A stretch of DNA of 63,703 nucleotides, filler included, from Octopus bimaculoides (lineage: Eukaryota), in NCBI RefSeq assembly GCF_001194135.2. It is 5 parts of 4 records of this genome, joined end to end, with 100 filler letters (N's around TTAATTAATTAA, not from the genome) between each part and the next. Parts side by side here need not be neighbours in the genome. Positions count along the whole stretch, not along the records: positions 1 to 9,683 come from NC_069010.1; positions 9,784 to 27,899 come from NC_069007.1; 3 more parts are not named here. The stretch is one strand, 5' to 3'. Both the position numbers and the translations under genes were made by a program. Below are positions 1-10,033 of this stretch, piece after piece. The first letter of the stretch is position 1, and each line of letters starts with the position of its first letter. The notes under the pieces are model-generated. The model did not search any database. It was given only the letters and a program-made list of their open reading frames with translations, and was not told the DNA's origin.

Positions 1-2
1 CA

Positions 3-490
3 GATGTTGAGTGGAAAGATAGAGACAGTGTGTTGATGTTGAGTGGAAAGATAGACACAGTGTGTGGATGTTGAGTGGAAAGATAGAGACAGTGTGTAGA
101 TTTTGAGTGGAAAGATAGTCACAATGTGTAGATGTTGAGTGGAAAGATAGACACAGTGTGTGGATGGTGGAAAGATAGACACAGTGTGTGGATGTTGAGT
201 GGAAAGATAGAGACAGTGTGTAGATGTTGAGTGGAAAGATAGACACAGTGTGTAGATGTTGAGTGGAAAGATAGAGACAGTGTGTGGATGTTGAGTGGAA
301 AGATTGACACAGTGTGTAGATGTTGAGTGGAAAGATAGAGACAGTGTGTAGATGTTGAATGGAAAGATAGAGACAGTGTGTGGATGTTGAGTGGAAAGAT
401 AGAGACAGTGTGTGGATGTTGAGTGGAAAGATAGAGACAGTGTGTGGATGTTGAGTGGAAAGATAGACAATGTATGGATGTTGTATGGGT
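3..490. repeat. 32-bp minisatellite, about 15 degenerate copies
   Basis: Unit GATGTTGAGTGGAAAGATAGA(G/C)ACAGTGTGT(A/G) starts at 3, 35, 67 and onward; it decays after about 460 and is probably cut by the window start. Confidence 0.95.
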
Positions 491-620
491 AAATGGAAAA
501 AGTGTGTAAATGCTGAGTGAAAGGTTAAATTGATGGATGGATGGATGGTGCAGGCATTGAGTGGATAAAGAAATACAAAATATGTAGATAAATTTTAAAA
601 GAGAGTAACCCTAACCCTAA

Positions 621-665
621 TTTCAATTTTTCATTTGTTCACATTCTTTTTCATTTTTCTTCCAG
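621..665 (+). promoter_or_regulatory. Polypyrimidine tract and 3' splice acceptor directly before the STEAP ATG
   Basis: tttcaatttttcatttgttcacattctttttcatttttcttcCAG|ATG; AG at 664-665, ATG at 666. Confidence 0.7.
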
Positions 666-2072
666 ATGAATGGAATCGACGTCGCTTACAACAACAAACA
701 CATCATCGGCGTACTTGGCACCGGAGATTTTGCCCGAGCCATTACCAAAAGACTTATAATGTCTGGATACTCTGTGTATATGGGTAGCCGTTGCACTCAA
801 GACCACAAACTTGCTGAAAATGACAAAACACTCGAAGACGCCCATGTCGTGTCCAACCATACCTGTTTGACTCACACCGATATTAGAATATTAATCCTTG
901 CTGTCCCACATCATGCTATCTTTACAATTCTCCAGAACTACAAGGATTTTCTCACCGACAAGATCCTGGTCGATGTCTCCAACCGAACTGAATACGACGA
1001 AGCAGAGTCGCTTGCCGAAATCCTTGCTGATGGATTTCCCGAGGCAGATGTTGTCAAGGCCTTCAATACTCTCTCAGCGTACGCCATTGAAAGTGATTCT
1101 TTTGGTGGGAGTCGACGTGTTCTCATCGCTTCGAATAACAGAACTGCTTCGATGTCAATATCTGAACTTTGTCACGATATGGGATTTTCTACTTTAAACA
1201 TGGGGGGCTTAAGAAATGCCCGAGAGTTGGAGTGTCGGCAGTTGGTTTTGATGTCAGGCTGGGGTGTTCCTACGCTTTTCACGTTTGCTGTTTTCTTCTT
1301 CTGGTTTGCCATCTGTGCCATTGAGTTTGGGATATTTTTCGGTTCCCATCCAGAAATAAAAATTCCACTCGGTAACTTGCCGTTAAGTGCTCTGAACAAG
1401 CCAGTCTGTCTGACGGCCATTACACTTCTTGCTCTCTCTTATCTTCCAGGCTGTCTGGCTTCCTTTCTGCAGATTTGCCGTGGCACCAAATACAAATGCT
1501 TTCCTCATTGCATGGACCGGTGGTTGAAGTCCCGCAAGATGCTTGGACTCTTCGCACTTCTGTTCAGCTGTTGGCATGTCATGATCAGTGCCATTATCCT
1601 CTCCCCAGCCTCAATGCCAGAATGGTACCAACACAGTCACATCCATTTACCAACAAACACCACCAACTTTTCATTCGAACTTTCATCACGGATGAACTGG
1701 ATTGGTGAAACATCTATCAGTGTTGGCCTTCTCGGTCTCATCTCTATGAGCATTCTCGGTCTAACATCAGTGCCTTCAATTTCAGATACTCTAAACTGGC
1801 AGGAATGGCGATTTTTCCAATCCAAGCTTGGCTACATGACCCTATTCTTAATTACGGCCCATGTGCTTGTCATGGCTGTTCCCTTCTGGATCAAGGCGCC
1901 AGCATTCATTGCCATATCCATTCGCTTCTACTGCGTCCTGCTACCGGCTCTAGTATTCCTCATGAAATTTCTACTGTTAATTCCTTGTGTGGATCGCTAC
2001 CTTATGAAAATCCGTTCGGGATGGGAAAGGAGAAAATATCATACACATAACAATGGCTATGTTCACATTTAA
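666..2072 (+). CDS. STEAP: STEAP-family metalloreductase (STEAP2/3/4-like, 468 aa): N-terminal NADPH-binding F420:NADP-oxidoreductase-like domain plus 6-TM ferric-reductase domain; CDS in one exon
   Basis: Rossmann motif IGVLGTGDFA, GSR, DVSN and VVKAFN; TM-domain motifs YLPG, LQxxxGTKYxxFPxxxDxWxxxRKxLG and TSxPSxxxxLNWxEWxFxQSKLG; heme-ligand His304 and His399. All match vertebrate STEAP motifs as recalled; the paralog cannot be assigned. Confidence 0.95.
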   Translation: MNGIDVAYNNKHIIGVLGTGDFARAITKRLIMSGYSVYMGSRCTQDHKLAENDKTLEDAHVVSNHTCLTHTDIRILILAVPHHAIFTILQNYKDFLTDKILVDVSNRTEYDEAESLAEILADGFPEADVVKAFNTLSAYAIESDSFGGSRRVLIASNNRTASMSISELCHDMGFSTLNMGGLRNARELECRQLVLMSGWGVPTLFTFAVFFFWFAICAIEFGIFFGSHPEIKIPLGNLPLSALNKPVCLTAITLLALSYLPGCLASFLQICRGTKYKCFPHCMDRWLKSRKMLGLFALLFSCWHVMISAIILSPASMPEWYQHSHIHLPTNTTNFSFELSSRMNWIGETSISVGLLGLISMSILGLTSVPSISDTLNWQEWRFFQSKLGYMTLFLITAHVLVMAVPFWIKAPAFIAISIRFYCVLLPALVFLMKFLLLIPCVDRYLMKIRSGWERRKYHTHNNGYVHI

Positions 2073-2154
2073 GAAATATGCAAACAAACTGGACACAAAG
2101 GATATGTATGTCTACCTGCCAGTCTTTGCCCTCTATCTGTTTGTCTTTATCTTT

Positions 2155-2347
2155 TATCTTTTACTTGCCTCAGAAATTGGACTGCAGTCATGCTGGGACA
2201 CAGACCTGATGGGTTTAATCAAACAAATCGACCCTGGGACTTATTTTCAATTCTGGTATGATGAACTTCCACACAGCTTCTGTCTACCACATTCACTCAC
2301 AAGGCCTTGGTTGGCCTGGGGTTAAAGTAGAAGGCACTTACCCAAGG
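2155..2347 (-). mobile_element. Degenerate SINE family B copy (tail plus CORE-like part)
   Basis: Similar to the family B tail (ttttacttg..gactgcagtcatgctgg..aatcgaccctgggacttatt) and to the reverse complement of its ccttgggcaagtgt..ctactatagcc..ttgtgagtgga segment. Confidence 0.7.
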
Positions 2348-2700
2348 CAGACGCATGGCTGTGTCATAAGAAGCTTGCTTCCCAACCACATGTGTGGCAC
2401 CTTGGGCAAGTGTATTCTACTATAGCCTCGGGCCAACCAAAGACTTGTGAGTGGATTTGGTAGATGGAAACTGAATCCCGTCATATATATATGTGTGTGT
2501 GTGTGTGTATATGTTTGTTTGTATGTGTTTGTTCCCCTGCCATCACTTGACCACAAATGCTGGTGTGTTTATGTCCCCATAACTTAGGGGTTTGGCAAAA
2601 GAGATCAATAGAATAATTACTAGGTTTGCAAAGAATAAGTTCTGGGGTCGGTTTCTTTGACTAATACCCTTTAAGGTGGTGCTCCAGCTAGACCACTGGT
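2348..2700 (+). mobile_element. SINE family B (tRNA-like head, CORE-like segment, central TA/TG microsatellite, 3' tail)
   Basis: ggctgtgt..aagaagcttgcttcccaaccacat, then accttgggcaagtgt (resembles the CORE-SINE GACCTTGGGCAAGT motif), a microsatellite, and a tail ending ggtggtgctccagc. The B-box region is deleted. Many homologous copies occur in the window. Confidence 0.85.
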
Positions 2701-2769
2701 TTTAATTGATTAATATTAATTTCTACCCTCATTAATAAATTTTATATATATATATATATTTGGCTGTGT

Positions 2770-3102
2770 GCGTGTGTCTTTCCCCTGGACTGGCTCTTGT
2801 GCGGGTGGCACATAAGATGCACCATTTTGAGAGCGTGGCCGTTGCCAGTACCGCCTGACTGGCCTTCGTAGGATTTTCGAGCGAGATCGTTGCCAGTGCC
2901 CCTGGACTGGCTTGTGCGGGTGGCACATAAAAGACACCATTTCGAGCGTGGCCGTTGCCAGTATCGCCTGACTGGCCTTCATGCGGGTGACACGTAAAAG
3001 CACCCACTACACTCTCTGAGTGGTTGGCGTTAGGAAGGGCATCCAGCTGTAGAAACTCTGCCAAATTTAGATTGGAACCTGGTGTTGCCATCCGGTTTTA
3101 TC
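2770..3102 (+). mobile_element. SINE-like family D with an internal tandem duplication of about 110 bp
   Basis: cccctggactggct..gtgcgggtggcacataa..gagcgtggccgttgccagta..ctgactggccttc occurs twice, followed by gttggcgttaggaagggcatccagctgtagaaactctgcc, which is shared with 4763-4890 and 6907-7058. Confidence 0.8.
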
Positions 3103-3803
3103 NNNNNNNNNNNNNNNNNNNNNNNNNNNNNNNNNNNNNNNNNNNNNNNNNNNNNNNNNNNNNNNNNNNNNNNNNNNNNNNNNNNNNNNNNNNNNNNNNN
3201 NNNTATATACAAATTAAAAGGGTAAAGGATTATCAATTTATTAATTAATAAATCAATTAACAATTAACAATTTTTACCAAGCCCATCGGTATGAAAGCAC
3301 CATTATTGGTGGAGAAACTTATTTAAAAGCTCATATATATTTATAAATATAATTAAGGGATCAGCAAATATTTGCTTCACCATATACCGAAGTTCAGAAA
3401 TATATATATATATATACACACGCACACACAATTTGTCGTTTACTGTTCCATTAAGCTGAGATTAATAAAAAAAAAAGTACTCCATCCAATCAGAGATAAA
3501 TATATCATTTAATATATGCAGTTTATAAAATAAAAGCTGGAAATAGTTTCTTGCCATGGAGGTACTGAAACGAGGAAGATTTTTATGGTATGTGTTGTGT
3601 CTCCAAGCAGTCATGAAACTCTGGGCACATGGTTAATTCTATTTGTACCATGTCTCCAGCAGACTAATTTTCAAATAGAAAAAAACGCATTGCTAGAATG
3701 ATACACTGCCAACATTTATATTCATATATATATATATGTATAGAAAAAAAAAAAAATATATATATATACTTTATTTAAAAGCAGCAGAAATATAACAAAA
3801 AAA

Positions 3804-3845
3804 CCGTTACTCTGAGTTTCACGTTCCCGTTCATCGGACAGTTTT
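3804..3845 (-). ncRNA. Minimal type I hammerhead ribozyme motif (repeat family 3)
   Basis: Minus strand: AAAACUGU-CCGAUGA-ACG(GGAA)CGU-GAA-ACUC(A)GAGU-A-ACGGUUUU. 8-bp stem I, U4C core, GNRA-capped stem II, cleavage triplet GUA. Lies in a repeat (about 3765-4093) homologous to 53851-54085. Confidence 0.7.
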
Positions 3846-4200
3846 GTTAGAAATGAAGAAAGGATAACAATGCAATCGAAAGTAATATAAAATTTGAAAT
3901 TTAAAACACATGGATTCGTTTGATTGGTCGTTTCAATTAACAGTCAATGATGTGTAATTCACAGACCAAATAAATTTAATACAGATTCACCCTATTAAAA
4001 AAATATCGAAGAAAACCTTAAATAGAAAAATGGGCTCAAAATGCTACTCTTTTTTTCCACCTTGTTGCACATTTCATGTGCTTACTCCGGTATANNNNNN
4101 NNNNNNNNNNNNNNNNNNNNNNNNNNNNNNNNNNNNNNNNNNNNNNNNNNNNNNNNNNNNNNNNNNNNNNNNNNNNNNNNNNNNNNNNNNNNNNTATAAA

Positions 4201-4244
4201 GGCGAATACGTATTTTCTATACCTTGTGGTATTTCATTATGGCC
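4201..4244 (-). ncRNA. Hammerhead-like motif, repeat family 1 (probably inactivated copy)
   Basis: GGC-CAUAAUGA-AAUACC(ACAA)GGUAUA-GAA-AAUACGUAUU-C-GCC; G5 to A change relative to the 25126 copy. Confidence 0.6.
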
Positions 4245-4581
4245 AGTATGACAGACTTTAACAGACTGTTATATATATATGTATATCAATAATAATAATA
4301 ATAAAGATTATTGCAAAGTGCTATGGCATTACCTTTAATTCTTTTTCTATATACACGCCTTTACATAGACCTACACGTGTTTCAACTGCATTGATTAGTA
4401 ATTATTGCAATTACAACCCTACTATAAGACTGGTGCAGCTTCTTCAAGGTCTTTACTTAATATTTTTTGATTTAACTGTTTAAAGTTTTGTGTTTATCTA
4501 CTCTACACTGCATGATATAGAGTTGTTTGTTAAGTTAGACGCAAACTATCTTCAATACAAGTTTTGATTGAATGATCCCTT

Positions 4582-4890
4582 ATACTCTTTTACTCTTTTA
4601 CTTGTTTCAGTCATTTGACTGCGGCTATGCTGGGGCACCGCCTTTAGTCGAGTAAATCGACCCCAGAACTTATTCTTTTGTAAGCCTAGTACTTATTCTA
4701 TCGGTCTCTCTTTTGCCGAACCGCTAAGTTACGGGGACGTAAACACACCAGCATCGGTTGTCGTTAGGAAGGGCATCCAGCTGTAGAAACTCTGCCAAAT
4801 TTAGATTGGAGCCTGGTGTAGCCATCCGGTTTCACCAGTCCTCAGTCAAATCGTCCAACCCATGCTAGCATGGAAAGCGGACGTTAAACA
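4582..4890. mobile_element. SINE B tail (-, 4582-4762) fused to a SINE D 3' end (+, 4763-4890)
   Basis: The B tail ends at ccagcatcggttgtc and switches to gttaggaagggcatccagc..catgctagcatggaaagcggacgttaaac. Confidence 0.85.
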
Positions 4891-5626
4891 NNNNNNNNNN
4901 NNNNNNNNNNNNNNNNNNNNNNNNNNNNNNNNNNNNNNNNNNNNNNNNNNNNNNNNNNNNNNNNNNNNNNNNNNNNNNNNNNNNNNNNNNNNNNNNNNNN
5001 NNNNNNNNNNNNNNNNNNNNNNNNNNNNNNNNNNNNNNNNNNNNNNNNNNNNNNNNNNNNNNNNNNNNNNNNNNNNNNNNNNNNNNNNNNNNNNNNNNNN
5101 NNNNNNNNNNNNNNNNNNNNNNNNNNNNNNNNNNNNNNNNNNNNNNNNNNNNNNNNNNNNNNNNNNNNNNNNNNNNNNNNNNNNNNNNNNNNNNNNNNNN
5201 NNNNNNNNNNNNNNNNNNNNNNNNNNNNNNNNNNNNNNNNNNNNNNNNNNNNNNNNNNNNNNNNNNNNNNNNNNNNNNNNNNNNNNNNNNNNNNNNNNNN
5301 NNNNNNNNNNNNNNNNNNNNNNNNNNNNNNNNNNNNNNNNNNNNNNNNNNNNNNNNNNNNNNNNNNNNNNNNNNNNNNNNNNNNNNNNNNNNNNNNNNNN
5401 NNNNNNNNNNNNNNNNNNNNNNNNNNNNNNNNNNNNNNNNNNNNNNNNNNNNNNNNNNNNNNNNNNNNNNNNNNNNNNNNNNNNNNNNNNNNNNNNNNNN
5501 NNNNNNNNNNNNNNNNNNNNNNNNNNNNNNNNNNNNNNNNNNNNNNNNNNNNNNNNNNNNNNNNNNNNNNNNNNNNNNNNNNNNNNNNNNNNNNNNNNNN
5601 NNNNNNNNNNNNNNNNNNNNNNNNNN

Positions 5627-5935
5627 ATTTTGTTTAAAAGAGTTCCAACACTGTCTGTTTTTTATGTTTTATTTATATTCCTGCAGGACCAATGTGGGGT
5701 AAAGAATATGGAATATACAATATATAATATAATATACAATATATAGTATAAAATAAAATAAAATAAAAATGGATGGCACCATGAAAGAAAGTATTGAATG
5801 TAGATGAAATATTGAGTGTTCAATATAAAGGATCAAATATATAAATATAAATATATAAAGGCAACTCGAGTTTCAGGGCTATTTCCCTTCGTCATGGCCG
5901 GTATGACAGACTTTACACGTATATATATAAGAATA
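5627..5935 (-). mobile_element. AT-rich repeat family 1 unit of about 300 nt carrying a hammerhead (retrozyme- or Penelope-pLTR-like)
   Basis: Homologous to 4195-4275, 14690-14955 and 24925-25195 (aaaagagttcca..ctgtc.., atattgagtgttcaatataaagg); flanked by (TA)n and an N gap. Confidence 0.75.
5860..5899 (-). ncRNA. Minimal hammerhead with an 8-nt variant core (family 1)
   Basis: GGC-CAUGACGA-AGGG(AAAUAG)CCCU-GAA-ACUCGAGU-U-GCC; palindromic stem III, cleavage triplet GUU. Confidence 0.75.
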
Positions 5936-6599
5936 TACATTTCATGAATATAAATTAATTCATAATATTACAATATATTATTGATGTACACCATGTGCAT
6001 TTCTTCAAAGTCTCAGAAATAAGTGTGTATGTGTATTTTAACCCATAAACTGCTGGGATTTTGCTGTATGTAACACGAACTGCTGAGCCTATTTTGGGTA
6101 AAGGTCAACATCGGTCTATCACTCGAAAAAAATACTCAGTGTTTCTTAACAACTTCTGTGATTGGCTACACTGTTTCTGGGGTGAAACGGTATCGTGTGC
6201 ATACATTATACATCATCAAAATTAGGTCAGATTATGCCCTACTTCCGTGGCCACGCACGTGGCCTGTTGCACAGTCGTGGTGGCCACTGAGGTGGCCTAT
6301 CGCAGTTTATGGGTTAAATGACCAGCATTTGTCTATATTTTACAACAATTTATAAAATCAAACATGCCAACACCTGTCTTCTTTACGGACAGCAAAGTTA
6401 TGGTCTACTGCATACTATTACATAATATTGTAGTATTGTGTTGTATAATAGAGTTTATTGATATATGTATTTATATGTAATAAATCATGTATTTTTTCGG
6501 TCTGTTTTCCCAATAAATTTTGAAGAATATTTATTATATATCAAACATGTTTGAATTATGTTATATATTTTATATCAATGAATACAATTTTCATATCGT

Positions 6600-7250
6600 T
6601 TATCTCTTACTTGTTTCAGTCTTTGGCCATGCTAGAGCACTGCCTTCAAGAAATTTAGTTGAATGAATTGCCCTAAGTACTTATTTCTTGAGTAGGTGAG
6701 AAAACAGATGAAGAGAGGGAAAAAAAAAACCCAGAGAGAGTAACAAATGTGTCTGGATTATTGACTTCCCAACTACATGGTTCCGGGTTCAGTCCCACTG
6801 CATGGTACCTTGGGCAAGTGTCTTCTACTAAAGCTTCAGGCCGACTAAAGCCTTGTAAGTGGATTTGGTAGACAGAAACTGAATGAAACCCATCGTGTAT
6901 ATATATCATCATCATCATCATCATCATTTAACGTCCGCTTTCCATGCTAGCTTGGGTTGGACGATTTGACTGAGGACTGGTGGAACCCGAAGGCTACACC
7001 AGGCTCCAATCTGATTTGGCAGAGTTTCTACAGCTGGATGCCCATCCTAATGCCAACTACTTGTTTCAGTCATTTGACTGTGGCCATGCTGGAGCACCGC
7101 CTTTTAGTTGAGCTAATCGACCCCAGGACTTAATCCTAGTAAGCCTAGTACTTATNNNNNNNNNNGGGGGGGGGGGGACAAACACAGACACATACACACA
7201 CACACACCCAAACACATACATATATACAACGGGATTCTTTCAGTTTCTAC
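6600..7250. mobile_element. Nested SINE cluster: B tail (-), B head/CORE (+, about 6745-6905), D 3' end with (CAT)n tail (-, 6907-7058), B tail (-)
   Basis: Direct similarity to the other B and D copies; the D end sits in the microsatellite centre of a B copy. Confidence 0.8.
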
Positions 7251-7259
7251 ACCGGTCGT

Positions 7260-8040
7260 AGGAGTATGACATCTACCTGTACCACCTGATTGTTTATAAC
7301 ACTCGACTAGGCCGTATCTTACTCAACATTTGTCCAGTTTCGTATAGACTCGGTATGCCTCAGTAAGTCTCATGCAGCATAATCCCTGACCACCAAGATT
7401 CCTATAGGCTCGTCAATGTTTGTTGAGGTTCTTCCATGTTTCCATAGGTTTATCCAAGCAAGCTCAGGTACGTACTTCCTATTCAATTTTCGTAAAATCT
7501 CGTCGTGTCTCGTTCAGGTTCGTTCAGAAATGCTCAGCTTCGTATAAGGTTTCTCAGGTACACGCAGAGACATCCAATGTCGGCCAGACTCGTTTATGTT
7601 CGTATAGGCTCATCCACGTAACTCCAGGATCGTGTACGCTCGGTCAGCTTCACCCAGGTACATCGACATTGGTTCATATTTGTCCAGCTTCGTTAGGTCT
7701 CATCAATAATCATCCAGCCTCGTTGGGGTTCATCAGGGCCGGTCAAGTTTCGATTAGACTCGTCCTTGCTCGCCCACTCCCGTGTACAGATTACTATATG
7801 CTCGTTCGGAGTTGTCCAGCCTGGCCCAGGCTCGTCTAGTATCTCCCTGACTTGTCCAAACTTTATGCAATGTCACTTAGACTCGTCCAGTTTACCCTGT
7901 CTCTACTGATCATCTCTAAATTTCCTTCTGGCTTGTCCGAGTTTGTCAATGAACGTTCAATATCGTGCGATGGCGTCACAGCTCGGCCCTGCTCGTCCAG
8001 TGACGTCAGAGTACGTTCACAAACGTCCCAACTCATTCAA
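7260..8040. repeat. Highly degenerate short-period satellite (consensus near GCTCGTCCAG)
   Basis: Recurrent ctcgtccag, gttcgttcag, cttgtccag, gctcgtc and ctcatccac variants at roughly 10-20 nt spacing. Confidence 0.55.
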
Positions 8041-8166
8041 GTGTCTGTTAGGATAAACAGGAGAGAAAACTATATTTTTATATATTCATTTTATGTACGT
8101 CTTGGTATTTACTCCATCGTTTTTTAAGCTCCTAACGTATCTATTCGTTAAAATATAATTCGTCAG

Positions 8167-8573
8167 TTGTTGTTGGCACTCCGTCGCTTCCGACGTCGAG
8201 GGTTCCAGCTGATCCGATCAACGGAACAGCCTGCTCGTGAAATTAACGTGCGAGTGGCTGAGCACTCCACAGACACGTGTACCCTTAACGTAGTTCTCGG
8301 GGATATTCAGCGTGTGACACAGCATGTGACACAGTGTGTGACAAGGCTGACCCTTTGAATTACAAGCACAACAGAACCAGGAAGAAAGAGCGAGAGAAAG
8401 TTGTGGTGGAAGAGTACAGCAGGGGTTCGCCACCATCCACTACCGGAGCCTCGTGGAGCTTTTTAGGTGTTTTTGCTCAATAAACACTCACAACGCCCGG
8501 TCTGCGAATCGAAACCGCGATCCTATGACCGCGAGTCCGCTGCCCTAACCACTGGGCCACTGCGCCTCCACCT
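8167..8573 (-). mobile_element. Full-length SINE family A (tRNA-Arg-like head, (CAA)n tail) with 9-bp TSD
   Basis: Head GGAGGCGCAGTGGCCCAGTGGTTAGGGCAGCGGACTCGCGGTCATAGGATCGCGGTTTCGATTC with A and B boxes; TSD attcgtcag at 8158-8166 and 8574-8582. Confidence 0.9.
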
Positions 8574-8723
8574 ATTCGTCAGGAGCAGTACGAGGGAAAA
8601 GAATAGCGACGTGTCAAGCAATTTCTTCTTCGGTGTTCGATGGTATCCACCGGCTTACGAGAAGTATTCTCCTGGCAAAAGCACCCTTTCGATTTCCCTC
8701 ACTTTTATTTCAGTTTCAGATGT

Positions 8724-8785
<62 letters not shown>

Positions 8786-9683
8786 CTCGTTCCCTCCGCA
8801 GTACACATGATTATATCAATGGAGGCTTACCTTGTCCGTCCGTCTTATGATATTTGCTGCACGTCATTCGCCGTGTTATACTTTGTATCTGTTTCTTACT
8901 TTCTCTTGTTCTTCCTGTCTAGCTTTGTGCCCGTCACGAAGACAAGAACCTCTTCCTATTGCCTTAACCACTGCTGCTAATAAGAGAAACGTAACCAAAA
9001 GAAGCAACGTTCCAATAATTCTTATGATATTAACAGTCACCTTTGGGTTTCTGACATTTCTCGTTACACAATAGGGAAGATGTGCTTATTTCATGGAAAG
9101 GAACAACTGTTACATATCAATTTTCATGGACGACTAGGCACTTCTGATATCTCTCGGAATTCATTCTCAATTCCATTCGTCCTCACAAATTTTGAAGGGA
9201 AAAAAATCGTAGTATCAGGTCCCGTTGATAAAAGGGAAGCAACTCCTGCACTTTATCAGTTTAATCAAAGGGACGTAACTCTTACTACTTATTAGCAAAG
9301 AAAGGTAACTCTAGCCTGACTTGAATGCTATTCTGGGAGAAAAAAATGCAATCGAAAAAGAGAGCCTTCCATTTTCTTGCACATTCACCATCAAATGCAG
9401 GTGTATGAGCCGTTCCATTCATGTTCCGCTTAAATACGAAATCTAATCTTGTCTCCAGTGTTTTTTTTTTTTTTTTTCATGCACATGATGTGTTTCTATC
9501 TGTTTTTCAATTGTCGTAATCAAAACTTTTTATTGACCTCATAAAGGTGTTAAGGTCCCCTTCGTGAATAAACACTCAATTGAGGCTTCCTTTCGTTTTC
9601 TTTCTTTTTATCTACTGCTTATCCGGACTGGAGAAATATCTGAAGGGAGGAAGTTTTCGATTATTTATGTCTGATGTTCACAA

Positions 9684-9783
9684 NNNNNNNNNNNNNNNNN
9701 NNNNNNNNNNNNNNNNNNNNNNNNNNNTTAATTAATTAANNNNNNNNNNNNNNNNNNNNNNNNNNNNNNNNNNNNNNNNNNNN
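9684..9783. other. Assembly spacer N44-TTAATTAATTAA-N44 (the same 12-mer also lies within N runs at 27944, 45055 and 61864)
   Basis: Identical 12-mer with stops in all six frames, embedded in N runs four times; an artefact, not genomic DNA. Confidence 0.9.
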
Positions 9784-9830
<47 letters not shown>

Positions 9831-9986
9831 GATTTATATAAACACTCGCTGACACACACACCCGCGCTCACACATATTTACACTCATACACACACACACA
9901 TAATTTCTTTTCAACTTCGTCAATCGCACAGAAATCTGTATTTTTTCTGTCACTAAGTTGTAGGACTTGGTGAGTATGCATATGTA

Positions 9987-10033
<47 letters not shown>

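Noticed and set aside
3-490. Regular 32-bp repeat as a CRISPR-like array
   Set aside because: Contiguous tandem units with no unique spacers, eukaryotic context, no cas genes.
606-620. TAACCCTAACCCTAA, telomere-like repeat
   Set aside because: Only about 2.5 units; expected by chance.
3804-5899. Hammerheads acting as 3'-end processors of the STEAP mRNA
   Set aside because: All three nearest motifs are on the minus strand, antisense to STEAP.
8832-9074. Acceptor-like site at about 8922 followed by a short hydrophobic ORF resembling a GPCR TM6 segment
   Set aside because: No diagnostic motif, stop follows immediately, no partner exons recognised.
9728-9739. TTAATTAATTAA islands inside N runs (also 27944, 45055, 61864)
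   Set aside because: Identical six-frame-stop linker within N runs; an assembly artefact.
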